Translations under genes and position numbers: made by a program
Notes under the pieces: model-generated
What the model saw: the letters and a program-made list of their open reading frames with translations, nothing else
Told to the model about the DNA's origin: nothing
Database searches by the model: none
In this document: positions 1-7,686 of the stretch, piece after piece
Position numbering within the stretch: the first letter of the stretch is position 1
Layout: each line of letters starts with the position of its first letter
IMG/VR virus record: IMGVR_UViG_3300016265_000843
Coordinates: 1-41,501 of that record
Direction: 5' to 3' (one strand)
DNA: 41,501 nt
Source of the DNA: a virus
Taxonomy: Duplodnaviria; Caudoviricetes

Positions 1-255
1 GAGGAGCAGGCCAAGGCTGCCGCCGCCGCCAAGGCCGATGCCGAGCGCCGCGCCGCCCTGCAGCGCCGCATTGAGGAAGCTGCCGCCGTGGACGTTCATG
101 CGAACGACGAAGCGGTGACCCGCCAGACCTGGCAGCTGCTGGTGTCCCAGCTGCAGGAAGCCATGGCCGGCATGACCCGGCTCCAGGTGGCCGAAGCCAT
201 CGCCGATGGCCGCCTGCACGACGCCATCACCATCAACTGGGGGGTGATGGCATGA
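1..255 (+). CDS. C-terminal fragment of a coiled-coil phage protein (probably the same gene that starts at 41167)
   Basis: Frame 1 is open from base 1 (EEQAKAAAAAKADAERRAALQ...VAEAIADGRLHDAITINWGVMA*); its TGA overlaps the ATG at 252 (ATGA). Not in the supplied ORF track. Confidence 0.7.
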   Translation, partial: EEQAKAAAAAKADAERRAALQRRIEEAAAVDVHANDEAVTRQTWQLLVSQLQEAMAGMTRLQVAEAIADGRLHDAITINWGVMA

Positions 256-896
256 ACTGCCCCCAATGCGGTCACGGTCACACCCGCGTCCGCGATACCA
301 AGCGCGTTCTGGAGGGCCTGCGCCGTTACCGGCAATGCGCCAAATGCCGCCATCCGTTCGGCACGCTGGAACGGATCGAGCTGTGGGATCCAACGGTTGG
401 CGCCTACGGCGTGGTCGACGCCGGCGCCCCCGTCCCGCCACTGGCCCTGGTGCCGCCCGCCTCGGTGGTGATCACCCCTCCAGAGCCACAGCCCGAACCC
501 GTCGCAGCGGAGGCGCCCGCCGCACCGGCAGCAGGCCGGATGACCCGGTTCATGCCCAGCGTGGAAGACCTGCCCGATGCGATCTGCCTCGACGCGGCGC
601 CGCTGCTGCTGAGCTGGTGGTGCGAGGCGCGGCGAAGCAAGCATCAGGGCCGCGCCACCTGGACCCGCGCTGCCTGGCAGGCGTCGGCTGATCGGGTGGC
701 GCAGCTGCCCGATGCGCAACAGCTGGCCCTGTGTCAGGCCGGCAATGAACACGGCTGGCAGGCGCTGAAGCCTGAATACCTGGCGGGCTCTGGTCCTGCC
801 CTGCCCCCGGCGCCGGCCGTTGTGGCCGCCGGCCGGTTGATGCCAAAGGATCCCGCAATGCTCGCCGCTCTGGACGCATGGCCCGAAACCGCCTGA
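252..896 (+). CDS. NrdR-type Zn-ribbon domain fused via a Pro/Ala linker to a putative replication-initiator-like C-terminal domain
   Basis: N-term MNCPQCGH..TRVRDT....LRRYRQCAKC...FGTLE matches the NrdR N-terminal zinc ribbon pattern, with no ATP cone; C-term W..ARRSK...TWT.AA...NEHGWQAL resembles the 'W...RK...T..A...NGWQGL' ending of phage initiators. Confidence 0.6.
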   Translation: MNCPQCGHGHTRVRDTKRVLEGLRRYRQCAKCRHPFGTLERIELWDPTVGAYGVVDAGAPVPPLALVPPASVVITPPEPQPEPVAAEAPAAPAAGRMTRFMPSVEDLPDAICLDAAPLLLSWWCEARRSKHQGRATWTRAAWQASADRVAQLPDAQQLALCQAGNEHGWQALKPEYLAGSGPALPPAPAVVAAGRLMPKDPAMLAALDAWPETA

Positions 897-1546
897 CCCC
901 CGAGACATTCCTGGCGGCGGCCGAAATGATCGCTGCCCAGCTGCGGATCAAGGAGGCAGATCGCTGGTCGCCGCACATCTGCCGGCTGAAGTTTCACAGC
1001 TTCACCAGTGAGTTCCCCGAGGTCAACGAGACGCAGTTCCTGTGGGCTGCCGAGCAGTGGATCCAGGGCCTCGCGCCTGGTCAGTTCACCCGGTATCCCA
1101 CCTGGAAGGAGCTGATGGCGCCGCTGTATCGCACCGAGAACGGCCTGGCGAATCGCAGCTGGGGATTCAAGGCAGAGCTGCCGCCGTTTCTGATGCCCAC
1201 GGCGACGCAGCTGGCAGCGCTGCCCACCGCCCGGCGATCACTGGCTGCTGCGCCGGACCCGGTGAATGCCGCGGCCTATGTGCCGTTCGAGGCCGATGAC
1301 CGCGCCCTGCCGCCGCTGCCGCCTGGCGTGGCCACTGACACCCCGCTCACCCCCGAGCGATGGGCCGACTACCTGCGCTGGATTCACACGGAGGAGACCA
1401 ATGCAGCTGACGAGTCACGCGGAACTGCAGCGGATCCTGGAACAGGGACTGATCACCGGAAAGTGGTCGGTTCTGCAGTTCAACAAGACCGGCCGCGACG
1501 TGGTGCTACCGAGCCGGGCATTTCTTCAAGAACACCCGGAGTTTGA
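878..1546 (+). CDS. Putative replicative helicase loader/inhibitor (lambda P position; SPP1 G39P-like motif)
   Basis: FPEVNETQFLWAAEQWIQ...TRYPTWKEL resembles the 'L.D...E.F..A...I....FP.IAEI' signature; directly follows the initiator-like gene. Confidence 0.5.
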   Translation: MARNRLTPETFLAAAEMIAAQLRIKEADRWSPHICRLKFHSFTSEFPEVNETQFLWAAEQWIQGLAPGQFTRYPTWKELMAPLYRTENGLANRSWGFKAELPPFLMPTATQLAALPTARRSLAAAPDPVNAAAYVPFEADDRALPPLPPGVATDTPLTPERWADYLRWIHTEETNAADESRGTAADPGTGTDHRKVVGSAVQQDRPRRGATEPGISSRTPGV

Positions 1547-1595
1547 GGACATGGAACTGAGAGACATGGCCGCATTCAGGAGGCACCACGGATGA
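1401..1595 (+). CDS. Hypothetical phage protein
   Basis: ATG at 1401 preceded by GGAGGAG; MQLTSHAELQRILEQGLITGKWS...; stop overlaps next ATG; overlaps the 3' end of the previous ORF. Confidence 0.65.
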   Translation: MQLTSHAELQRILEQGLITGKWSVLQFNKTGRDVVLPSRAFLQEHPEFEDMELRDMAAFRRHHG

Positions 1596-1831
1596 CCTGG
1601 ACTGATGACTACGAACCGGGCCAGGAGGTGCTGGCCCTGAACGGCGGCAACTGGAGACGCTGCACCATCAACACGGTGCGCAGTCGCAGCGTGATGGCAT
1701 CCGCAACTGGTGGAAGCATTGCCGTCACATTCAACATTCACGACCCTCGCAACATCAAGCCATGCCCGACACCGACACCGACACCAGAACAGACCTCGCC
1801 TACGACCGAGCAGCTCTCACTCGAATCTTGA
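1592..1831 (+). CDS. Hypothetical small beta-rich protein (SH3/Tudor-like pattern)
   Basis: AGGAGG upstream, ATGA coupling; YEPGQEVLAL...WRRCTI. Confidence 0.55.
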   Translation: MTWTDDYEPGQEVLALNGGNWRRCTINTVRSRSVMASATGGSIAVTFNIHDPRNIKPCPTPTPTPEQTSPTTEQLSLES

Positions 1832-1950
1832 AACGTGCCCGTGTCCTGCACAAGGATGCCGTCAGCACCTATGCCATTGGCTGGTGGGATGGCTACATCC
1901 GCTTCGCTGAGGTGATGCTGGGGATTGAGAGGGAGGAGGGCAATGGCTGA
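1762..1950 (+). CDS. Hypothetical phage protein
   Basis: 62 aa ORF with Y..GWWDGYIR motif; stop overlaps next start. Confidence 0.5.
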   Translation: MPDTDTDTRTDLAYDRAALTRILKRARVLHKDAVSTYAIGWWDGYIRFAEVMLGIEREEGNG

Positions 1951-2371
1951 GCTAAGCCCCACTGGGCCTCGCAAGTTAATCACCATGAGTCAACAATGCT
2001 TTCTTCGTCTACCAAGTGGCTATCTACTTGACCTGTCTCAGGTTGCGTGCGTAGCGCCGACTACAGGGGACCAGGCGCATCGACGCTTTACCGTGCATTT
2101 TCGGTCTGGCTTGACTGTTGAGCTTTACGAAAATAGATCAGACATGCCTGCCTGCCATATTGCGCGTGAAGACTTTATTCGCGCCCTTGAGCAGCTGCAG
2201 GAGCTGGAGGATGCTAAAGGCGAATGGCAGGCTGGTGGATCATCCGACAGCCAGAGCGACGTGGAACGCGAGGGGATGCGCTATTTGCAAACCTACGCGC
2301 AAGACGGTCCGCACAAGCTGATTATTCGCCAACACACCACACAAACCATCAACGAGATCACCAATGGCTGA
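1943..2371 (+). CDS. Hypothetical modular phage protein
   Basis: ATG at 1943 after GGAGGAGG; lower-GC codon usage; coupled to neighbours. Confidence 0.6.
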   Translation: MAELSPTGPRKLITMSQQCFLRLPSGYLLDLSQVACVAPTTGDQAHRRFTVHFRSGLTVELYENRSDMPACHIAREDFIRALEQLQELEDAKGEWQAGGSSDSQSDVEREGMRYLQTYAQDGPHKLIIRQHTTQTINEITNG

Positions 2372-2837
2372 CCTCAGGCACCTGCTGGCCATCTACGTCC
2401 ACGCGCACCAGACGGGCAACTCGGTGCCGCCTCACATTGATGCTGAAGCCCGCTGGCACTTAGGACTACCTGTGTCAGATGGACCGAAAGAGTTCGCCCG
2501 CTGGGGCCGCCCTGCGCCCGCACCCCCAGCCGATGGGGAGGTGGCGGAGTTGGTGGTTGAACTACGCCGCTTCCGGTCCGTGTCGTGCCACCGCGCCGCC
2601 GAGCTGCTGGAGCGGCAGGCGCTGGTGCCGGTGGCTGTGAGCGAGCGTCCTCTGGAACCGGAGGATTGTGATGCGGAGGGACGGTGTTGGTGGTTTTGCC
2701 CCACATCTGTTTTGCCAAACGGAATGCTTCCTTACTGGTGCCTAGGGCCTGCGGACCCTCCGAAGTCTTGGTTCACCCACCGCCTCCCCGCCCACGCCCT
2801 GCCAATTCCAAAACAACAGGAGATCAACAATGGCTGA
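2364..2837 (+). CDS. Hypothetical modular protein, paralog 1 (PADGEVAELV...PVAVSERP...CDAEG.CW...LPAHALP domain)
   Basis: Shares its C-terminal domain with 3060..3725. Confidence 0.7.
   Translation: MADLRHLLAIYVHAHQTGNSVPPHIDAEARWHLGLPVSDGPKEFARWGRPAPAPPADGEVAELVVELRRFRSVSCHRAAELLERQALVPVAVSERPLEPEDCDAEGRCWWFCPTSVLPNGMLPYWCLGPADPPKSWFTHRLPAHALPIPKQQEINNG
2517..2647 (+). repeat. Intragenic direct repeat copy 1 (partner 3408..3544)
   Basis: 2517-2556 matches 3408-3447 (39/40); 2590-2647 is identical to 3487-3544 (58 bp). Confidence 0.9.
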
Positions 2838-3063
2838 CCCCACCGTACTGAGCCCCGCCGCCAAGGCGGTGCTGAATGCAGTCGTAGATGGCGCTCATCC
2901 TGCGTTTGCGCCCATCGCAGCACCAATGGCTGCCGCCGCCCTGCGTGCTGTTGCGGATCAGTGCAAGCTTGAGCGGAATTACCACCCCGACTATCCAGAA
3001 ACGGAATCGGTAGTGGTCGTCTCTGACCTCCTCGCCATCGCCACCGAACTGGAGAACCAATGA
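2830..3063 (+). CDS. Hypothetical phage protein (LSPAAKAVL...AAAALRAVADQ...LLAIATELE type)
   Basis: AGGAG RBS; translationally coupled on both sides. Confidence 0.7.
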   Translation: MADPTVLSPAAKAVLNAVVDGAHPAFAPIAAPMAAAALRAVADQCKLERNYHPDYPETESVVVVSDLLAIATELENQ

Positions 3064-3725
3064 CCATTGACACCACCCGCGACCTACTGATCAGCCTGTC
3101 GTCGCACATGGCCTACATGCAGGGCCAACTGGAAGCACACCACGAGCTTGATGACCTAGAGGACTTCTACTGGTATCGCGAGAGTGTCGCATTGCGGCAG
3201 AAGGTGACGGATGCCCTGGCAGAGGAGACGGCTGTGCCGCTGCCTGTAGCAGATGCGGTGGCGACAGCAGAAAGTGAATGCCTGTATGTATTGTCAACTG
3301 CAACAGACCGACCATTGACACCGCACTTGATTGAGGATTTTTATCGTCAGTTTTGCGGCATTATTGAGGGGCTTGTGGATGCCCTTGGTAAGGATAAACC
3401 GACTGAACCCGCACCCCCAGCTGATGGGGAGGTGGCGGAGTTGGTGGCTCAATTGAAATCGCGGCACTACGGGCCTGGCGCATTGGACCGCGCCGCCGAG
3501 CTGCTGGAGCGGCAGGCGCTGGTGCCGGTGGCTGTGAGCGAGCGGCCGTGGGAGCGCGAGGGTTGGTGCGACGCGGAGGGGAACTGCTGGCTGGGCGCAA
3601 ACGTGTTTGATGGTGCCCCGTCGACGTGGCTCTACGGCCCATCTGCTTGGGCCGAGCGATTCCCGCATATTCATCGTGTCTTGCTCCCCGCCCACGCCCT
3701 GCCGCTGCCGGAGGTGGGCGAGTAA
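3060..3725 (+). CDS. Hypothetical modular protein, paralog 2
   Basis: Shares its C-terminal domain with 2364..2837; stop overlaps the exonuclease ATG. Confidence 0.7.
   Translation: MTIDTTRDLLISLSSHMAYMQGQLEAHHELDDLEDFYWYRESVALRQKVTDALAEETAVPLPVADAVATAESECLYVLSTATDRPLTPHLIEDFYRQFCGIIEGLVDALGKDKPTEPAPPADGEVAELVAQLKSRHYGPGALDRAAELLERQALVPVAVSERPWEREGWCDAEGNCWLGANVFDGAPSTWLYGPSAWAERFPHIHRVLLPAHALPLPEVGE
3408..3544 (+). repeat. Intragenic direct repeat copy 2 (partner 2517..2647)
   Basis: Same two matching blocks as copy 1. Confidence 0.9.
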
Positions 3726-4468
3726 TGAAAGCCCTGATCGATCTTGAGTTCTACCTGTACCGCATCGCTTCAGCGTGCGAGTACGAAATGGAATGGGAGC
3801 CGGATGTGTGGACCTACGCCTGTCGTCACGACGAGGCGAAGGACGGCATTCAACAGTTCATTGGCAGCGTGCGCGAGGCGCTGCCGGATTGCGAGCAGAT
3901 CATCCTGGCGGTTGGTGATCGCGCCAGCTTCCGTTATGGGATCTGGCCCCAGTACAAGGCCAACCGCCGTGGCCGGCGTCCACCCGCCGGCTATCGCAAG
4001 CTGATCGACTGGGTGAAGCAGGCGGCTGACACCCGTGGCTGGATCATCCGTGGCCTGCCTGATGTGGAGGCCGACGACGTGCTCGGCATCCTCTGCGAAC
4101 CCGGTGATGTGATCGTCTCCGAGGACAAGGATCTGCTGTCCGTTCCCGGCCTGCACCTGCGCGGCGCCGAGTTCATCGAGCAATCCACCGCCCAGGCCGA
4201 TCGCGCCTTCTACGGCCAGGTGCTCACCGGCGACAGCTCAGACAACTACCCCGGCTGCCCGGGCATCGGCGCCGTCAATGCCGCCAAGCTGCTCGACCCA
4301 TGCCGCACGGAGATCGAGATGTGGGCCGCAACGGCGGCGGCCTTCCAGAAGAAGGGCGTGTCCCTCTCTGATGCCATCGCCCAGGCCCGCTGCGCTCGCA
4401 TCCTGCGGGCCGGTGAATACGACCTAGCGGCCGGCACTCCTCGGCTGTGGCAGCCTCCGGTAGCCTGA
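3725..4468 (+). CDS. 5'-3' exonuclease (T7 gp6-like, FEN/PIN fold)
   Basis: ALIDLEFYLY, FRYGIWPQYKANR, VEADDVLGI, SEDKDL, LTGDSSDNYPGCPGIGAVNA motifs; true start is the ATG at 3725. Confidence 0.93.
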   Translation: MKALIDLEFYLYRIASACEYEMEWEPDVWTYACRHDEAKDGIQQFIGSVREALPDCEQIILAVGDRASFRYGIWPQYKANRRGRRPPAGYRKLIDWVKQAADTRGWIIRGLPDVEADDVLGILCEPGDVIVSEDKDLLSVPGLHLRGAEFIEQSTAQADRAFYGQVLTGDSSDNYPGCPGIGAVNAAKLLDPCRTEIEMWAATAAAFQKKGVSLSDAIAQARCARILRAGEYDLAAGTPRLWQPPVA

Positions 4469-4478
4469 GCCTGAACGT

Positions 4479-4492
4479 CTGCACTTGTGCAG
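4479..4492. promoter_or_regulatory. CTGCAC-NN-GTGCAG palindrome at the head of the structural region
   Basis: CTGCAC TT GTGCAG; member of a dispersed family; TAGCCT -10-like hexamer at 4461. Confidence 0.6.
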
Positions 4493-4671
4493 TGCTACAG
4501 CCGGTTGTTTCCGATGTGTTGCTGGACAAGCTGCGGGATTTCTTTCCCGCAGAACCATCCCGCTCGATGACACATCGGGAGCTCGATCACTTCATTGGTC
4601 AGCAGGAAGTGGTGCGCTACATCGCGCAGTTGCACCGAGAGCAATCGATCGTTGGCTTTGAGGAGGACTGA
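4492..4671 (+). CDS. Small conserved podovirus protein (T7 gp6.5 position)
   Basis: LLDKLRDFFP...ELDHFIGQQEVVRYI pattern; probable GTG start at 4492. Confidence 0.65.
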   Translation: MLQPVVSDVLLDKLRDFFPAEPSRSMTHRELDHFIGQQEVVRYIAQLHREQSIVGFEED

Positions 4672-4674
4672 GCG

Positions 4675-5079
4675 ATGTGTTCCGGCGGCGGCAGCCCTGC
4701 GGTGATCACGATGCCGGACACCGGCGCGTATGACCGTCAGCTGCAGATGCAGCTTGATGCCATGCGGGCCACCCAGAACGGCGCCGCGCAGCTCAAACAG
4801 GCTGAGCTCAACCAGGCGCTGACCAGTCAGCAGCAGGTGTTGACCGATCTGCGCGACCTGCAGACCCGCCGCGCCAACGAGACCGCCGCCAATGCCCAGC
4901 GCATCGCCGCGCTGATCGGCACGCCCCCGCCGGAGAAGACGGCGCAGGCGCCGGTGGTCGGTTCCGATCGCGCCACCGCCAGCCGTCCCACCGGCAAGCG
5001 CGGCCTGCGCATTGATCGCGCCGTCGCCGCCACCCAGGCCGCCGGCACCGGCCTGAACATCACCACAGGAGGAGGTTGA
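4675..5079 (+). CDS. Small virion/ejection protein, T7 gp6.7/gp7.3-like, paralog 1
   Basis: Starts MCSG, Gln/Ala-rich coil, ends LRI...GTGLNIT; lies upstream of the portal. Confidence 0.7.
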   Translation: MCSGGGSPAVITMPDTGAYDRQLQMQLDAMRATQNGAAQLKQAELNQALTSQQQVLTDLRDLQTRRANETAANAQRIAALIGTPPPEKTAQAPVVGSDRATASRPTGKRGLRIDRAVAATQAAGTGLNITTGGG

Positions 5080-5081
5080 CC

Positions 5082-5477
5082 ATGTGCTTCGGCAGCCAGC
5101 CCCAGGCACCGCAGATCGTCTATCAGGGCCCCAGCCAGGACGACATCAACCGGAACGCTGCAGCCCTGGAGACCTATCGGGCGCAATCGGCGCAGCAGCA
5201 GCAGCAGTTTGCGCAGCAGCTGCAGATGCAGATCGATCAGGCCAACGCCCAGGCCAATGACCAGCGCACCCGTCTGGCGCAGGAGCAGCAGATGGCAGCG
5301 AGCGAGCTGGCGGCCCAACAGCAGGGCGCCTACGCCGCTGCCGTCACCCAGTCCCAACCGGTGGAGGCCGCAACCACCACCGCTGCCAAACCCAAGGAGA
5401 AGCGCAAGAGCGGCTTGAAGATCGCGCCCGGCGCCACGGCGGCATCCGCCGGGGCCGGCCTCAACATCGGAGTGTGA
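5082..5477 (+). CDS. Small virion/ejection protein, T7 gp6.7/gp7.3-like, paralog 2
   Basis: Starts MCFG, ends LKI...GAGLNIGV. Confidence 0.7.
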   Translation: MCFGSQPQAPQIVYQGPSQDDINRNAAALETYRAQSAQQQQQFAQQLQMQIDQANAQANDQRTRLAQEQQMAASELAAQQQGAYAAAVTQSQPVEAATTTAAKPKEKRKSGLKIAPGATAASAGAGLNIGV

Positions 5478-5480
5478 GCC

Positions 5481-6002
5481 ATGTGCGTTGGTGCGCCCGT
5501 AAGGAGCCTGCCGGATGACCAGCTGAATGCGATTGCAGACAGCCCCAGCGTCGCCCCGCAGCCAGGGGTGAGCTGGTTTGTCGCCCAGGCCGCAGATGGG
5601 CGGATCGCCGAGGCCAGGCGCGTCAGGGATGAGCGTGCGGCCATCCGATCGCAGCTTGAGAGCCTGGCTGCGCAACGCACGGCGGAGGCAGCGCGGCAGG
5701 CAGAGGAAATGCAGCGCCTCCAGAGCGCAACAGAGCAGGCGGCGATTGATCAGCAGGCCACCGTGGCCCAGCTGCAGCTGCAGAGCGAACAGCAGCAGCA
5801 ACAGATCGCCCAGTCGCGCCTGGCCACCCAGGCCGTCGCCAGCTCGATGAAGGTGCTGGCCGCAGGCCCTGCCACCAGCGCCCCCGCCGCTGCCGTCACC
5901 CGGCCCGCACCGGTGCGCCGTGGCGCCCGCACCACAACATCACCGCTGCGGATCGGCGGCACCAGCCAGGCCGCAGGCGCTGGCCTGAACATCGGAGGCT
6001 GA
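5481..6002 (+). CDS. Small virion/ejection protein, T7 gp6.7/gp7.3-like, paralog 3
   Basis: Starts MCVG, ends LRI...GAGLNIGG. Confidence 0.7.
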   Translation: MCVGAPVRSLPDDQLNAIADSPSVAPQPGVSWFVAQAADGRIAEARRVRDERAAIRSQLESLAAQRTAEAARQAEEMQRLQSATEQAAIDQQATVAQLQLQSEQQQQQIAQSRLATQAVASSMKVLAAGPATSAPAAAVTRPAPVRRGARTTTSPLRIGGTSQAAGAGLNIGG

Positions 6003-6006
6003 ACCC

Positions 6007-7686
6007 ATGAGTTGCGAGAAGCGCTACGCCCAGCTGGAGAGCGATCGGAACATCTACCTGCAGCGTGCGCGTAGCGCAGCACGGCTGACCCTGCCCTATC
6101 TGATCCCGCAGAACGACAGCTACGTTCGCAACCAGGCCGAGACCTATCCGCTGCCGTGGAATGGCATCGGCGCCCGCGGCGTTCACAACATCGCCAGCCG
6201 CCTGGTGCTGGCCCTGCTGCCACCAACAGAGACGTTCTTCCGCTTCACCTTCGACGAGCTGAAGCAGGCCGCCGATGAGCAGGACCTGATTCGCGGTGGC
6301 GCCGATCCAAACGAAATCGCCAAGGCCAAATCAGAGTTTGAGGCCACGCTGTCGCTGATGGAGCGGGCGGTGTTGCGCAGCATCGAAACCAGCAACGACC
6401 GCGTGGCCGTGCTTGAAATGCTGCAGCACCTGATCGTGGGCGGCAATGTGCTCGGCTACGTGGGCAGCAAGGGATTGCGGGCGTTCCACCTCAACCGCTA
6501 TGTGCTGCGACGCGATCCGATGGGCAGCCCCCTGGAGGCGATCGTCTGCGAGGAGCTCAGCGCCGACAGCCTGCCGCAGAAGGTGGAGGACGCCCTGGCC
6601 CTGGCCATGGCGGATGGGGAGCCGCGAGAGCGAGGCGAGGAGAAGGAAACGATGCAGCACGAGGAGGAGGAAGACACCAGCGAATACGACCGGGTGGTGC
6701 GGCTCTACACCAACATCGAATGGGAGGACGAACAGGTTTCCTGGTATCAGGAGATCAAGGGCGTGGAGATCCCTGGCAGCCGTGGCACCGCCAAGCTCGC
6801 GGAATCACCGTGGCTGCCGCTGCGGATGTACCGGATCGATGGCAGCGACTACTCGCCCGGCTACATCGAAGCCGCCTGCCAGGCCGATCTGCAGACCGCT
6901 GAGGCCCTGAGCCAGGCAATCGCCGAGGGCTCGCTGGTGAGCGCACAGGTGAAGCATTTGGTCAAGCCGGCGGGCGTCACCAATGCCAAGCAGCTGGCTA
7001 AGGCTGCCAATGGTGCGTTCGTGCCGGGCAACCCGGACGATGTGACCACCATCCAGGTGAACAAGGGCGGCGATCTGCGGGTTGCCATGGAGGGCCTGGC
7101 CCGGGTGGAGGCACGCCTCTCCCAGGCTTTCATGCTGATGGACGTGCGCGACAGCGAGCGCACCACCGCCGAGGAAGTGCGGCTGCAATCGCTGCAGATC
7201 GAGCAGTCGCTCGGCGCGATCTATTCCATCCTCACGGTGGAGTTCCAGCAGCCCTACATCAGCCGCAAGCTGGCCCTGCTCTGGCGCGACAGCAAGCTGC
7301 CGAAGCTGCCGAACAATCTGGTCAAGCCGGTGGTGAGCGTGGGCCTGGCAGCCGTGGGCCGCGGCAACGACCTCGAAAAGACGGCCAGGTTCATGACGCT
7401 GCTGCAGCAGACGCTGGGGCCGCAGGGGATCGCCACCTATGTGCAGCCGTCCGAGCTGATCCGGCGCCTGGCCGCGTCGATGGGCATGGACACCATGGGC
7501 CTGGTCAAGCGCGACGAACAGCTGGCGGCCGAGCAGCAGCAACAGCAGCAGATGGCGATGGCGCAGCAGGCAATGGCGGCCGGCATGGCCGACCCGCAGA
7601 AGCTGGCCAATGCCGCGGCCGTCACCCAGCAGATGGCGGCGCCCCCGCCAGCTGACGCCCAACCCACTGAACAGCCACCCGCATGA
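6007..7686 (+). CDS. Portal (head-tail connector, T7 gp8-like)
   Basis: LTLPYL, GARGVHNIASRLVLALLPP, RDSERTTAEEVR, LGAIYSIL, GRGNDL motifs; 559 aa. Confidence 0.96.
   Translation: MSCEKRYAQLESDRNIYLQRARSAARLTLPYLIPQNDSYVRNQAETYPLPWNGIGARGVHNIASRLVLALLPPTETFFRFTFDELKQAADEQDLIRGGADPNEIAKAKSEFEATLSLMERAVLRSIETSNDRVAVLEMLQHLIVGGNVLGYVGSKGLRAFHLNRYVLRRDPMGSPLEAIVCEELSADSLPQKVEDALALAMADGEPRERGEEKETMQHEEEEDTSEYDRVVRLYTNIEWEDEQVSWYQEIKGVEIPGSRGTAKLAESPWLPLRMYRIDGSDYSPGYIEAACQADLQTAEALSQAIAEGSLVSAQVKHLVKPAGVTNAKQLAKAANGAFVPGNPDDVTTIQVNKGGDLRVAMEGLARVEARLSQAFMLMDVRDSERTTAEEVRLQSLQIEQSLGAIYSILTVEFQQPYISRKLALLWRDSKLPKLPNNLVKPVVSVGLAAVGRGNDLEKTARFMTLLQQTLGPQGIATYVQPSELIRRLAASMGMDTMGLVKRDEQLAAEQQQQQQMAMAQQAMAAGMADPQKLANAAAVTQQMAAPPPADAQPTEQPPA

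Noticed and set aside
252-400. Full nrdR gene call
   Set aside because: Only the Zn ribbon matches; the ATP-cone domain is absent
400-560. Lambda-type iterons inside the initiator-like gene
   Set aside because: The linker is GC-rich Pro/Ala coding sequence with no clear tandem repeats or AT-rich tract
2517-3544. Diversity-generating retroelement TR/VR pair
   Set aside because: No reverse transcriptase in the window; differences are block-wise rather than adenine-specific
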